From Camelus dromedarius (Eukaryota): a stretch of DNA of 64,000 bases. The notes beneath the pieces are model-generated. The model made no database searches. It was not told the DNA's origin and saw nothing but the letters and a program-made list of their open reading frames with translations. A program made the translations under genes and the position numbers. The stretch spans positions 72,168,001 to 72,232,000 of the forward strand of contig NC_087445.1 of assembly GCF_036321535.1 (NCBI RefSeq), given 5' to 3'. Within the stretch, counting starts at the first letter, position 1, and each line of letters starts with the position of its first letter. This document shows positions 1 through 9,583 of the stretch, piece after piece.

Positions 1-348
1 GTAAAGGAGATCCTGTCAATTTTTTCTGAACACCTGGTTGGGGGTTGGGGGTGCAGGGAAGTACGGACATGTAGAAGACAGATGAAAGCCCACGGTGTAG
101 AAAACAGCAGTCGTTAAGAAACAGACGGGTTCAAATCCTGATTCTACTACTTATTAACTATTTAAGACAACAGACAATACTGAGTTTGTGTACACCATCT
201 GAACGCAGGGGAAAGCAAGGAGTAACAACACAGTGTAGAGAACAGACGACTAGGTCACATGACTTGATTTTGCAGCAAGGATCAGAAGCGGACAAGGGAC
301 TTCTAGGAAAACGGGAGCGGGATTGTGAGTCTGGCTCAAGGCACTTAC

Positions 349-457
349 CTTTCAAAAGCTGCAGCTCCACCGTATCCCGCAGATGCTTCCATTTTAGCCC
401 CGGGGGCTTGTAGACAGCGAAGAGCCCATGCAGCCGAGCCAGGCCGGCGGACGCCAT
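349..457 (-). CDS. TRUB2: TRUB2 (mitochondrial pseudouridine synthase) coding exon 1; the gene continues off the left edge
   Basis: ATG at 457-455 reads MASAGLARLHGLFAVYKPPGLKWKHLRDTVELQLLK(G), matching the TRUB2 N-terminus. AAG|GTAAGT donor at 349/348. The track's start at 544 is a TTG, not an ATG. Confidence 0.95.
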
Positions 458-923
458 GCCTGAAACCCGCCGCCCCGGCTGGCAAAAAAGAGGAAACCAG
501 ACGGAAGTGCTATATGGTCCCGCCCCCAAACATGGTCCTTCCAATGGGTACCGCCATGTTTCGCAGCCGGAAGAGGTTCGCGTCGTATGGTGCTCGGGGA
601 AAACGTACTGCGGAGAAGGAAGTAGGGTCCGGCGCTGAGCCTCAAAGCTAGCGGGGCTTACTTGGAGACCGATTTTGGGGTAAGGTGAAATGGGGAGAGT
701 TTATATCCGTGGAAGTAGGTGGCAGAAAGGTCACCTGGGTTTCCTAACACTTAGTGATAGGGACATTTCCTGTCCGTGCCACTCCTTTACCCCCCAAAAG
801 CCCTACTCATTGCAGTAGAGATCGAGTCTTTTTGACTTCTCCGGCGCGCCGTCTCCGGAGAAGTTTAGCGTGTGGACCTCGCCATGCCCATCCTCCCGCG
901 GACGTCTGACAATGTCCGCTGCC

Positions 924-993
924 ATGGCGACGCTGCTGCGCCGGTCCCTGCGCCCCCTCCGCGCGTTCAGAGGCCACCCCCGGCCTGCTGCAG
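924..993 (+). CDS. COQ4: COQ4 exon 1 (mitochondrial targeting peptide)
   Basis: GCCATGG Kozak; [23 protein letters not shown], Arg-rich with no acidic residues; 70 nt; ends at a non-canonical CAG|GCAAGT donor. Confidence 0.93.
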
Positions 994-1067
994 GCAAGTG
1001 GCGGAAACGGGAAGGAGTGCTGGGGGCCCGTCTGCTCCTTTGACCGCAGTCTTTTCTTGCCCCGCAG

Positions 1068-1199
1068 ATGTGCCCCTCCGAGCCACGAGCCATGGCGCCG
1101 GCCTGCTCTACCCCGAACACATCCCCACCTCCCTGGTGCAGAAGGCCCTGCTTGCCGCTGGCTCTGCGGGAATGGCGCTGTACGACCCGTATCGCCACG
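1068..1199 (+). CDS. COQ4: COQ4 exon 2
   Basis: ttttcttgccccgcag acceptor; (D)[43 protein letters not shown]; G|GTAAGG donor; 132 nt. Confidence 0.96.
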
Positions 1200-1334
1200 G
1201 TAAGGCCGCTTGCGCCCGGCGCTCCCTTAGGGCATATAGAGGTGGGGGCGTGCCCTTGCTTTGGAAGCCCGAGGAGGTCCCGGCCACTGCCAAAGCCTCC
1301 GTTTCTTATGGGTAACTGGAGGCTAGACTAGGCC

Positions 1335-1505
1335 AGGGTACCCAAACCTGGCTGCACCTTATAATGACTCGCAACATTCATAAAAATGAAGACACCTGGG
1401 TCCCACCCTAAACTTACTCAATTCTAATCTGTCGGGAATGGGGAGCGGGGGGAGGGGGGAGGAAGGGGCGGGGAATCTGAGCTGCCTTTTTAAACTGCTT
1501 CCCGG
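1335..1505. mobile_element. MER5-like hAT-Charlie DNA transposon fossil
   Basis: cccaaacctggctgcac... and ctgggtcccacc...attctaatctg segments resemble the recalled MER5A consensus. Confidence 0.5.
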
Positions 1506-2199
1506 TAGAGCCTGTCATCCAATCACACTGAGAACCTCTGGACTAAATAGATGACTTACGAGCACCCATCAAATTATAACATCCGGTTTGAAATTAAACT
1601 TTATGAGGTCAGGGACCATGACTGCCCTGTTCTACTGTAGTGGTAATGTTTTAGATATTGCATGGCACATTAATAAATGCTCGATAAATGCTGAGTGTTT
1701 AAATAGAACATTCTAGGATCCTACAATGCTTTTCTCATCTCCTCTAGGATTCTTAAGTCTGGAAAGTACTATTACCCCTACTAATAAAAACTATAATGCT
1801 AACTGATCACTGAGTCCTTGTTTTGGTTGCTCACTGTGCTAAGTTTTATATGCATGATGTTCTTGATTTTTCACGTTAACCTTATAAGAAAGGCGTTATC
1901 TGCACTTCACAAATTAGGACACTGAGAGTTGGAAATGTGAAGCAGTTTGCACAAGGTCACCTACATAGTGACTGTGCCTGGGCTCAAATCCAGCATTCTT
2001 TGATGCCAAAGCCTACACCTATCCATGGAGACGCGATATTCTATCGTGATAATGGATGTTAAAGTGATTTATAAACTAGAGTACTGTGCTAACCAGAGCC
2101 ACCTCACCCCATTAGATTAATAATGTTAATAACTATAGGTATATCAAGCTTTACTGTGTGCCAGGTGATTCACTGTTTAACTTTAATCCTCATAACTAA

Positions 2200-2403
<204 letters not shown>

Positions 2404-2921
2404 TAGGTCCCAGCTCTGCCCGGGGGGTTGGGGGCGTTCTCCTGGGATTCTGATCTCACTGGAGTCACACTGTGTTCCTCTAGGGAGCTCCTCTTGATAC
2501 CCTATGGATGGTTGCACAGGCTGGGCACTGCCCAACACCGTGGGCGCCATTCATGTGGACACTGATGACCCCTGGGTAGTGCAGTATGGTGACCTAAGCC
2601 CAGTTCCAGCAACAAGACTGCCTTCTCTAAGGTCCCATAACACATGCTACCTGTAACCCCCAAGTCTGCAATGCCTTTGTGAACACCCTGGTCACATCTG
2701 AGGCCTGCCTACCTAGATTGTGCCCCTGCAAGCAGGAATCATCACCTTAGTTTGTGGTAGTCCCTGCCACCTGTCTGGCCAGTAGGAAGTGCTCCATTAT
2801 GACTTGTGGCCCCATTGCTGCTCTCTGCCCCTTCATCTGTCACGCCCTTGTTCTAGCTGGACCTTTCACCTGCCTTTGCTGGTGCCTTCGCAACTCCTGA
2901 GTCCTGCTTTCTGCCTCTCAG

Positions 2922-3024
2922 GGAGCGTCCCCGCATCTCACTGGCCACCCTCGACCTGGGCAAGCTCCGGAGTCTGCCTGAGGACTCCTTTGGCCGCGAG
3001 TATCTCCGTTTCCTGGATGTGAAT
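2922..3024 (+). CDS. COQ4: COQ4 exon 4
   Basis: [34 protein letters not shown]; GTGAGT donor; 103 nt. Confidence 0.96.
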
Positions 3025-3224
3025 GTGAGTTTCCAGCTTCTGTGCACTTGGCAGTCATCAGGAAGGGCAGAGGAATGATACAGGAGTACTGTCTTGAGGA
3101 AGGAAGAGCCTGAGCTGCCACCATGGGCAAGAGTGCCTTGCAGTCTCTTGTACCAAGGCTTTGTCGTTTTTCTGTGGGACAGGCAAGCAGGCCAGGAACA
3201 TCGCTCCAGGCAATAAAACTGGCC

Positions 3225-3425
3225 AGCATTTATTAACCTCTTACTGCATGCCAGATGCCAGGCTCATACATGATTTCACCAAATTGTCCCAACAACCTGG
3301 TCAAATATGTTGTATTATTATCCCCTTTTAATAAATGAGGAAACTGAGGCTCAGAACAGTTAAGCGATTTGCTGATTTCACAAGCCAGTAATAATGGAGG
3401 CAGTATTCAAATTCAGGTCACATTC
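3225..3425 (-). mobile_element. MIR SINE (one of dozens in the window)
   Basis: atgaggaaactgaggctcaga...ttaag core. Similar cores occur near 5740, 17990, 18290, 27290, 28410, 29430, 31790, 47270, 55880, 59210, 60170 and 61770. Confidence 0.8.
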
Positions 3426-3479
3426 TTAACTGCTGTATTGTGTCTCCTGGTTCTAGAAACAGCCTTTTCTAGACAAGTT

Positions 3480-4085
3480 GTGGCACTCTCCAACCCTAGG
3501 CAGGAAAGACAGTCGCTGAGGGACGGAGTCCCAACTACTGAGGGCCTCATTCATTTGTTCAGAATTGGCCATGTGCCATCCATTATTCCAAGTGCTAGGG
3601 ATATAATGGTGAACTAGACAGACAAGGTCCTGCCTTCATGGAGCTAGTATTATGTCTTAACAAAAGAGAGCAATAAAAGAAAAAAAAAGTCACAAAAAAT
3701 TTTCATACTTAGAACATGAGACACTGTCCCCAGCAACTGGGACTTAAACCAGCAAAGAGCGTGCCCTTGTGGAGCTTCTGTTGTAGCAGATGGTGCCGTG
3801 AGGACAGCAGTCAGTGTGACAGAGGACTGGGGTGGGGTGGGTGGATGGACCAGGAAGCCACTTCTAATGGGGTGGTCATGGGAGGCCCTGCTGAGGAGAT
3901 TTGGAAGATGAGGAGGAGCCAGCCCTGAAGAGAGATGGGGGGAGCATTCCCAGTAGAGGAACTGACTCTTTGTGTTTAAGAAAAGGAAAACTGACCAATG
4001 TGGCCGTAGAGAATTCAGTTGTGGGGAGGCATCCAGTGGGCTGGGAGGTCAGCCTAGCCCAGCCAGGCCCTGCCTGCCATGGGAA
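3480..4085 (-). mobile_element. L2 LINE fragment, interrupted by an LTR and resuming at ~4690-4780
   Basis: ttcatt...tgtgcca...tgctagggatataatggtgaactagacagacaaggtcctgccttcatggagct, the typical reverse-strand L2 3' pattern. Confidence 0.7.
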
Positions 4086-4086
4086 G

Positions 4087-4690
4087 TGTTACCCAAAAAC
4101 GAGATTCACCTCTTGGAGGAGGTCGAGCTAAAAGACACAACCAAGCCAAAGATTGGGAGGAGGAAGATAGCAGCAAGTAAGGAGAACACTGGAGATCTTT
4201 TCTAAAGCAGTACCTCCCCAAACGACAAAATTAGGGAAGGTTTAAGCTAAAGGTATATGCATATTCATGAAGGGGCTTGAGCAGAGGAGAATTCAACATA
4301 GAATTAGGGCAAAGGTTGACCTAAGAGTCCAAGCTACAGCTGACTGAAGTCACGAGGTCAGCATTATCATTTCTTAGGTAGTTACCATTCTTGACCTGGA
4401 TGGGGGACTTAGTTCCTGTAGAACGACTTAAAGATAATGTATCAGATTGTTCTTTATATCCTTTTAGGAGGAACTGGGGCTGTGTTTTATCACTGAACTC
4501 TTCTTTCTTGACGCTTTTCCTCTGTCCCTGAATTCCTTTTCCTTTAAGATCCTTAATTACTGAGACCTGTTCAAGGGCCAGCATTGTGGCCAGGCTTAGA
4601 TCACAAAATGGCTTAGGCCAAAATGGCTTCTCTTATGTCAAGAAAGCTATGCCTATTTTTCTTTCTCCAGGGACCCCCTACCCTATCTAC
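4087..4690 (-). mobile_element. Solo LTR, ERV1-like (MER34/MER39-type), in COQ4 intron 4
   Basis: Starts TGTTACCCAAAAAC (reverse complement of a ...GGGTAACA LTR end) and ends near ggacccccta-ccctatct. Splits an L2. No clear TSD; family name from memory. Confidence 0.5.
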
Positions 4691-4933
4691 TTAAAGAAAG
4701 AGTCTATATTTTGTAATAGAAGCGATAGGAAAGTTTTCGAGCAGGATAGTTACATCATCTGATTTATAAAAGGACGTTAGGACACAGCAGGGCACCTTCC
4801 CTGACCCTACCCATCCTGGCCCCCAACACATACATATCCCATCAAAGCACCTCTGTTAAGTGGCTCTCCATTCTAGCTGCAGGAGCCAGCCAGGCTGGAG
4901 GAGGTCAAGGAGTGAGCAAAGATTGCTCTAGAA

Positions 4934-5136
4934 CTAGGTTTCTCAACCTTGGCACTGTTGACTTTTTAGACTGGATAGTTCCTTGCAGGAGCTGCCCTGT
5001 GCATTGCAGAATATTTAGAGCATCCCTGGCCTCTACACACTAGATGCCAATAATACACGCCCCACCCAGCTGTGACCAGATATAAATGTCTCCAGATGTT
5101 GCACATGTTCCCTGGTGGACAGTTAAGAACCCCTGC
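4934..5136. mobile_element. MER20 hAT-Charlie DNA transposon
   Basis: ggtttctcaaccttggcactgttgac...ctgccctgtgcattgcagaatattt...actagatgcca...aaatgtctccaga...aagaacccctg. Confidence 0.8.
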
Positions 5137-6368
5137 TATAGGCGATTATTGTCCCTGAGAAAACAATCTGCTCCCCATACTCTCCTGACACTCGCCCCCA
5201 CCCCATTTTATACCATCTCCCTCAGATTTCACCAAGATGCAAGTTATTTCATCAGTGGGAAACCCATCAGGATGACCTGCTCCAAGTGCCATCCAAGAAC
5301 AGTCAGTCGTCTTCTGAAGTCCCCCAGAGCCTTTTGTCCTGCTGCTGTGGAGGGGATGGGATCCCCAAGACCTCCCTGGGCACCTTGCCCAATCACAGCC
5401 CTAGTTGTGGTAACAGCCCTATAGATTGTGACACTTCTGGAGCACAGAAACCAGCAGCCCATGAAATGTAAAGGAATACCTTTGTCCTAGCAGAGCTTTA
5501 GAGCAAAGTTCAAGGTGAGGTCACCCTCCCTGAGGCTGACATGGGTAGGGGCTATAGTCATCGTTGTGGCATCAAGATTACAAGCATGGGCTCTGGGGTT
5601 AAGAGTAGCCTGAGTTACAATTCTGCCTCTCTTCCCAACTTTAAAGCCCTGGGCAAATCATTTGACCTCTGAGCCTCAGACTCCTTATCTGAGGTAAGGA
5701 AACCTAATGTTTATCTTCCAAGGCACTTAGATGGCTGATTAATAATGGATGTTAAGGCTTTGGAATCCAGCAGGCTTTGTTTCAAATCCTGACTCAGCCA
5801 CTTGATTAGCTGTGTGATCTTGGGCAGACTATCTCTGTGCGCCTTATTTTTCTTATCTATATCTGAGGCTTATAACAGTATCTACCCCCAGCTGGTCTCG
5901 ACAGTACTGTATGATAATATGTGTAAAGGACTTCATACAGTGCTGGCATACAGTAGGTGCTCAATAGATGTTGGCCATCACTGTTACCACCATCAGCTTC
6001 ACGCAGCAGGTAGAACCCTGTAGAAGAAATTAGGACCAGGAGCCCAATGAGGTCACAAACACGGACCATGGCACCAAGCCAGCAGTCCCAAGCAATAGAA
6101 GCGTCAAACCCCTTGGGCTCTGGATAGGCTGAGGCTATGCTTTGGGAATAGGAAGGCCAGGCTCCCCCCACTCTGCATGGGTGCTGCTGAGGGTTCAGAG
6201 AGGCGCTGGGTGGGTAAAAGGAGGACAGTTGCATCCTTACCTGGGATCAGAAAAGTGCCCATGGCTTGCCTTTTGCTCATGCATTTAAGAGATGTTTATT
6301 CATCCAGAGCCTGGAGATACAGCTGTGAGCAAAACAGAGCCAGCCTGTCAACAGTCCTGTGCTGCTGA

Positions 6369-6840
6369 CTGGCTGCTGCAACACTGATCATAGACATAGC
6401 ATGCAAGCTGTATAGGGAATTTAAAATCTGCTGCTAGCCACTTTAATAAAAGCAAAAAGAAACAGGTGGAATTCATTTTAACTTTTTGTTTTTTTTGCAG
6501 CAGGGAGGTAATTAGTTTTATTTATTTAGCTTTTCAGTGGGAGTACTGGGGATCGAACCCAGGGCCTCCTGCATGCTAAGCATGTGCTCTACCACTTGAG
6601 CTATACCCCCCTCCCCTGGAATTCATTTTAATAACATTTTGTTTAACCCAATATACTAAAATAGTTCAACATGAAGTCAGTATTTTTAAATTATTGAGAT
6701 TTCACATTATTCTCTTCATACCAAGTCTTTGAAATCCAAGGTGTATTTTACATGTACAGCCCATCTCGGTTGGGACTTGTCACATTTCAAGGCTCAGGGG
6801 CCATAATGTGATTGGCTGCTATACTGGACAGTGCAGGTCT
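6369..6840. mobile_element. MER33/MER3-family hAT-Charlie element hosting a nested SINE
   Basis: Ends ...gctatactggacagtgcag; internal aaatccaaggtgtattttacatgtacagcccatctc; interrupted at 6482-6616. Confidence 0.65.
6482..6616 (-). mobile_element. Young tRNA-derived SINE (camelid vic-1-like) with target-site duplication
   Basis: Minus strand GGGGAGGGGGGTATAGCTCAAGTGGTAGAGC (A-box) ... GGGTTCGATCCCC (B-box) ... A-rich tail. TGGAATTCATTTTAA is duplicated at 6467-6481 and 6617-6631. Confidence 0.85.
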
Positions 6841-7194
6841 AGAAGAGAGACATTAACAATCACATGCACAAACAAAAAATAAAAACCAAAATAAAAAAAA
6901 ATCTTTTAATTAAATTTTTAAAATTAGGAAAAAAAACCCAATCACATGCACTAAACATCATAATACAATTGTGTTAAAAGCCACAAAAAGGTACAGGATG
7001 CTACAAGAGACCATAACATGGACCTGATCTGTCTGAAGCTCAGACACAGCCTTCCCACAGAGGGGACTCTTAAGCCAGGTTGTAAAGGACAGGAATTGTC
7101 AAGGGGAAGATGAGGGTGGCAGGAAAGAGTACTCTAGGCTAGGAGCAGCTCATCTAAAGCATTAGGGGTCTTGGTTGCTTCTTTTTTTTTCCCC

Positions 7195-7375
7195 ATTTTA
7201 CTTCTAATTGTGATTTTAAAAAATAACGTAAGATTTACTATCATAACCATTTCTAAATGGACCTTTCAGTAGTGTTTAATTTAGTCACATTGTTGTGAAA
7301 CCAATCTCCAGAGCTTTCCCATCCTGTAAAACTAAAACTATACCCATTAAACAACAACTCCTGCTTCCCTCTCCC
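7195..7375 (-). mobile_element. L1 (L1MB-like) 3' end fragment
   Basis: ttaccatttctaaatggacctttcagtagtg...cacattgttgtgaaacc...aaactatacccattaaacaacaactcc. Confidence 0.7.
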
Positions 7376-7644
7376 TGCAGGGGCTTCCCCCTGCCCCCAG
7401 GGATTTCTTTGCCATAGATTCCAACAGGGTGTGTGTGTTATGTGTGAGCTGGGGTAGGCCAAGGGGGTGCCGATCCCACCATAGTCCCTGCCTGAGGACT
7501 CCTGTGTCAGCAGGGAAACAAAGTCCCCGGGGGCTTTTGGTGAGGTATGGGTTTGGTGGGTGGGATTGAGAGTCAAGGAGAGGCTGGCAAATTGGACCCT
7601 GGGAAACATTGGGAAGGGATCTAGGGGAGGTTCCTGGTTGTTAG

Positions 7645-7905
<261 letters not shown>

Positions 7906-8371
7906 TAGCTGGCTTAGTGCCTCATTTTTTGCTTTATTCGAACATCTTGGTACGTCTGTGCGATGTATCCCCTATCCTCCATTCCCACTGCTTCTTATGG
8001 CTCCTTCACTGATGTAGCAGCATCCAAACGCCAGGGCTCCCTGCCATGCTCTGGTTGTTAGCTTCCTGCACTCTGAAACCCTCAGCAATTCCCTAAGCCC
8101 TGGACTCCTCAGCCTGGCTTTTGGAGTCCTCTGCATTCTGGCCCCAAGCTTCCTTTCCAGCCCTATTTCCTTCTGCTATTTTCTTGGACCCTCTCCCCAA
8201 CCCCAAGCCAAGTGCCCCAGGGCCCAGCACAGGCCAGGACCAGGCACTTGCTAAAAACTCTGGCAGAGATCAGAGGGGAGCAGACATCTCCTTGTGCCCT
8301 GCCCTGAGCATCACTGGCCTCTCTACCTGGCCTCTGCTCACCTCCCACCCATTCCCCACCCTGCCTGCCAG

Positions 8372-8465
8372 GGGAGATCGTGGTGAAGTGGTTTGAGGCT
8401 GTCCAGACCGGCCTGCCCATGTGTATCCTGAGTGCACTCTTTGGACCCATCCAACTCAGTGCCCA
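8372..8465 (+). CDS. COQ4: COQ4 exon 6
   Basis: [30 protein letters not shown](Q); supplies the Glu of HDxxH-x11-E; GTAAGT donor; 94 nt. Confidence 0.96.
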
Positions 8466-8983
8466 GTAAGTTCTCAAGTGGTGAGGGGTCGGGGGAGAGC
8501 TCAGAGGGGTCAGGGCTCCAGGAAATAGGAAAAGCCTGCTGCCTTTCTGAGCAGCCGCAATGGTTCTCCAGGAAGCCAGGGTGGGAAGAATGGGGCAGAG
8601 AGGTGAAACTGGCCTGGCGCAGGGGCTCCGGGACAGACGACAAATGAAGCCTGGACGTTTCTTAGGACTCTAGGATCTCTTGGGCCAGGCCTCAATCTCA
8701 GGTCAAAACAGTGGAGTCGGGACTGGAGGGGTCAGGGGGATGCCATCTGGCATTAGTTTCTGGAGCTAGTAGCCCTCAATTTAAATCTGGGCTTTGGCAT
8801 GTTTGGCTTTGGACAGGGTTTTAGCTCACTGAGCTGTTGTTTCCTTATCCGAAAAGTAGGGATAAAAACTACCTCCTTCTTGGGTCTGTGTGAAGTTTAA
8901 CTGAGAAAATCCATATCTACTGCTGAGCACATGGCTTGGCCAGCACTTAAGACATTCTGTCTTGTTCCTCTGCTGCCCCACAG

Positions 8984-9155
8984 GAGCCTGCAAGTGCTGG
9001 TCTCGGAGCTGATCCCTTGGGCAGTTCAGAATGGACGCAGGGCCCCGTGTGTCCTCAACCTGTACTACGAGCGGCGCTGGGAGCAGCCCCTGAGGGCTCT
9101 GCGGGAGGAGCTGGGCATCACAGAGCCCCCCAGGCGCGTCGAAGGCCTGGCCTAG
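8984..9155 (+). CDS. COQ4: COQ4 exon 7 (last coding exon)
   Basis: [56 protein letters not shown]; exon lengths sum to 798 nt = 265 aa + stop. Confidence 0.96.
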
Positions 9156-9577
9156 GCCCTGAGCTGCTGAGCCAGGAGGGCCTGGCCTGGCTCCCAACCC
9201 CCGACCCCTGCTTCCCTGGGGACAGAGCGCTCCTTTGACATTAATTTTGTTCCTTTTCTTTGCACACTGACTCTTGAACATTATGAGTCACAATTTATCA
9301 TAACCACTGCTGAGCAGCTGTGAGGGCCAACCTGGGAGGGAACAGGCAGTACCTTGGAGCTCCTAGGGGAGCCGAGAGCCAAAGAGAATAACCTGTGAGC
9401 AGGAATCATTGTTTAGGCTTGTGCTGGGATGGTTCAGGTCCACAACCCCTGTTCCCAACCCGTCCCTACCAGCCAGGGTTTTCTGGGTGCCAGGCTCTCT
9501 GGTAGGAGGGAAGGCTATACCCAAGTCAAAGGCCTGAGAAGAGGGAGGCAGAGGGGGAGGTGAGTCTCCGCATTCTG

Positions 9578-9583
9578 AATAAA
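9578..9583 (+). terminator. COQ4: Probable COQ4 polyadenylation signal
   Basis: First AATAAA after the stop, about 420 nt downstream. Confidence 0.65.

Larger units (their letters stand above)
380..1290. promoter_or_regulatory. CpG-island bidirectional promoter shared by TRUB2 and COQ4
   Basis: Head-to-head ATGs at 457(-) and 924(+); CpG-rich; ETS/GABP-like CGGAAG at 502-507 and 568-573; CCAAT at 541-545; YY1-like CCGCCATGTT at 551-560. Confidence 0.85.

Noticed and set aside
458-544. 29-aa N-terminal extension of TRUB2 in the ORF track
   Set aside because: It starts at TTG; the recognisable protein begins at ATG 457.
6520-6616. tRNA-like sequence with A and B boxes
   Set aside because: It has a TSD, an A-rich tail and no proper acceptor stem, so it is a SINE rather than a tRNA gene.
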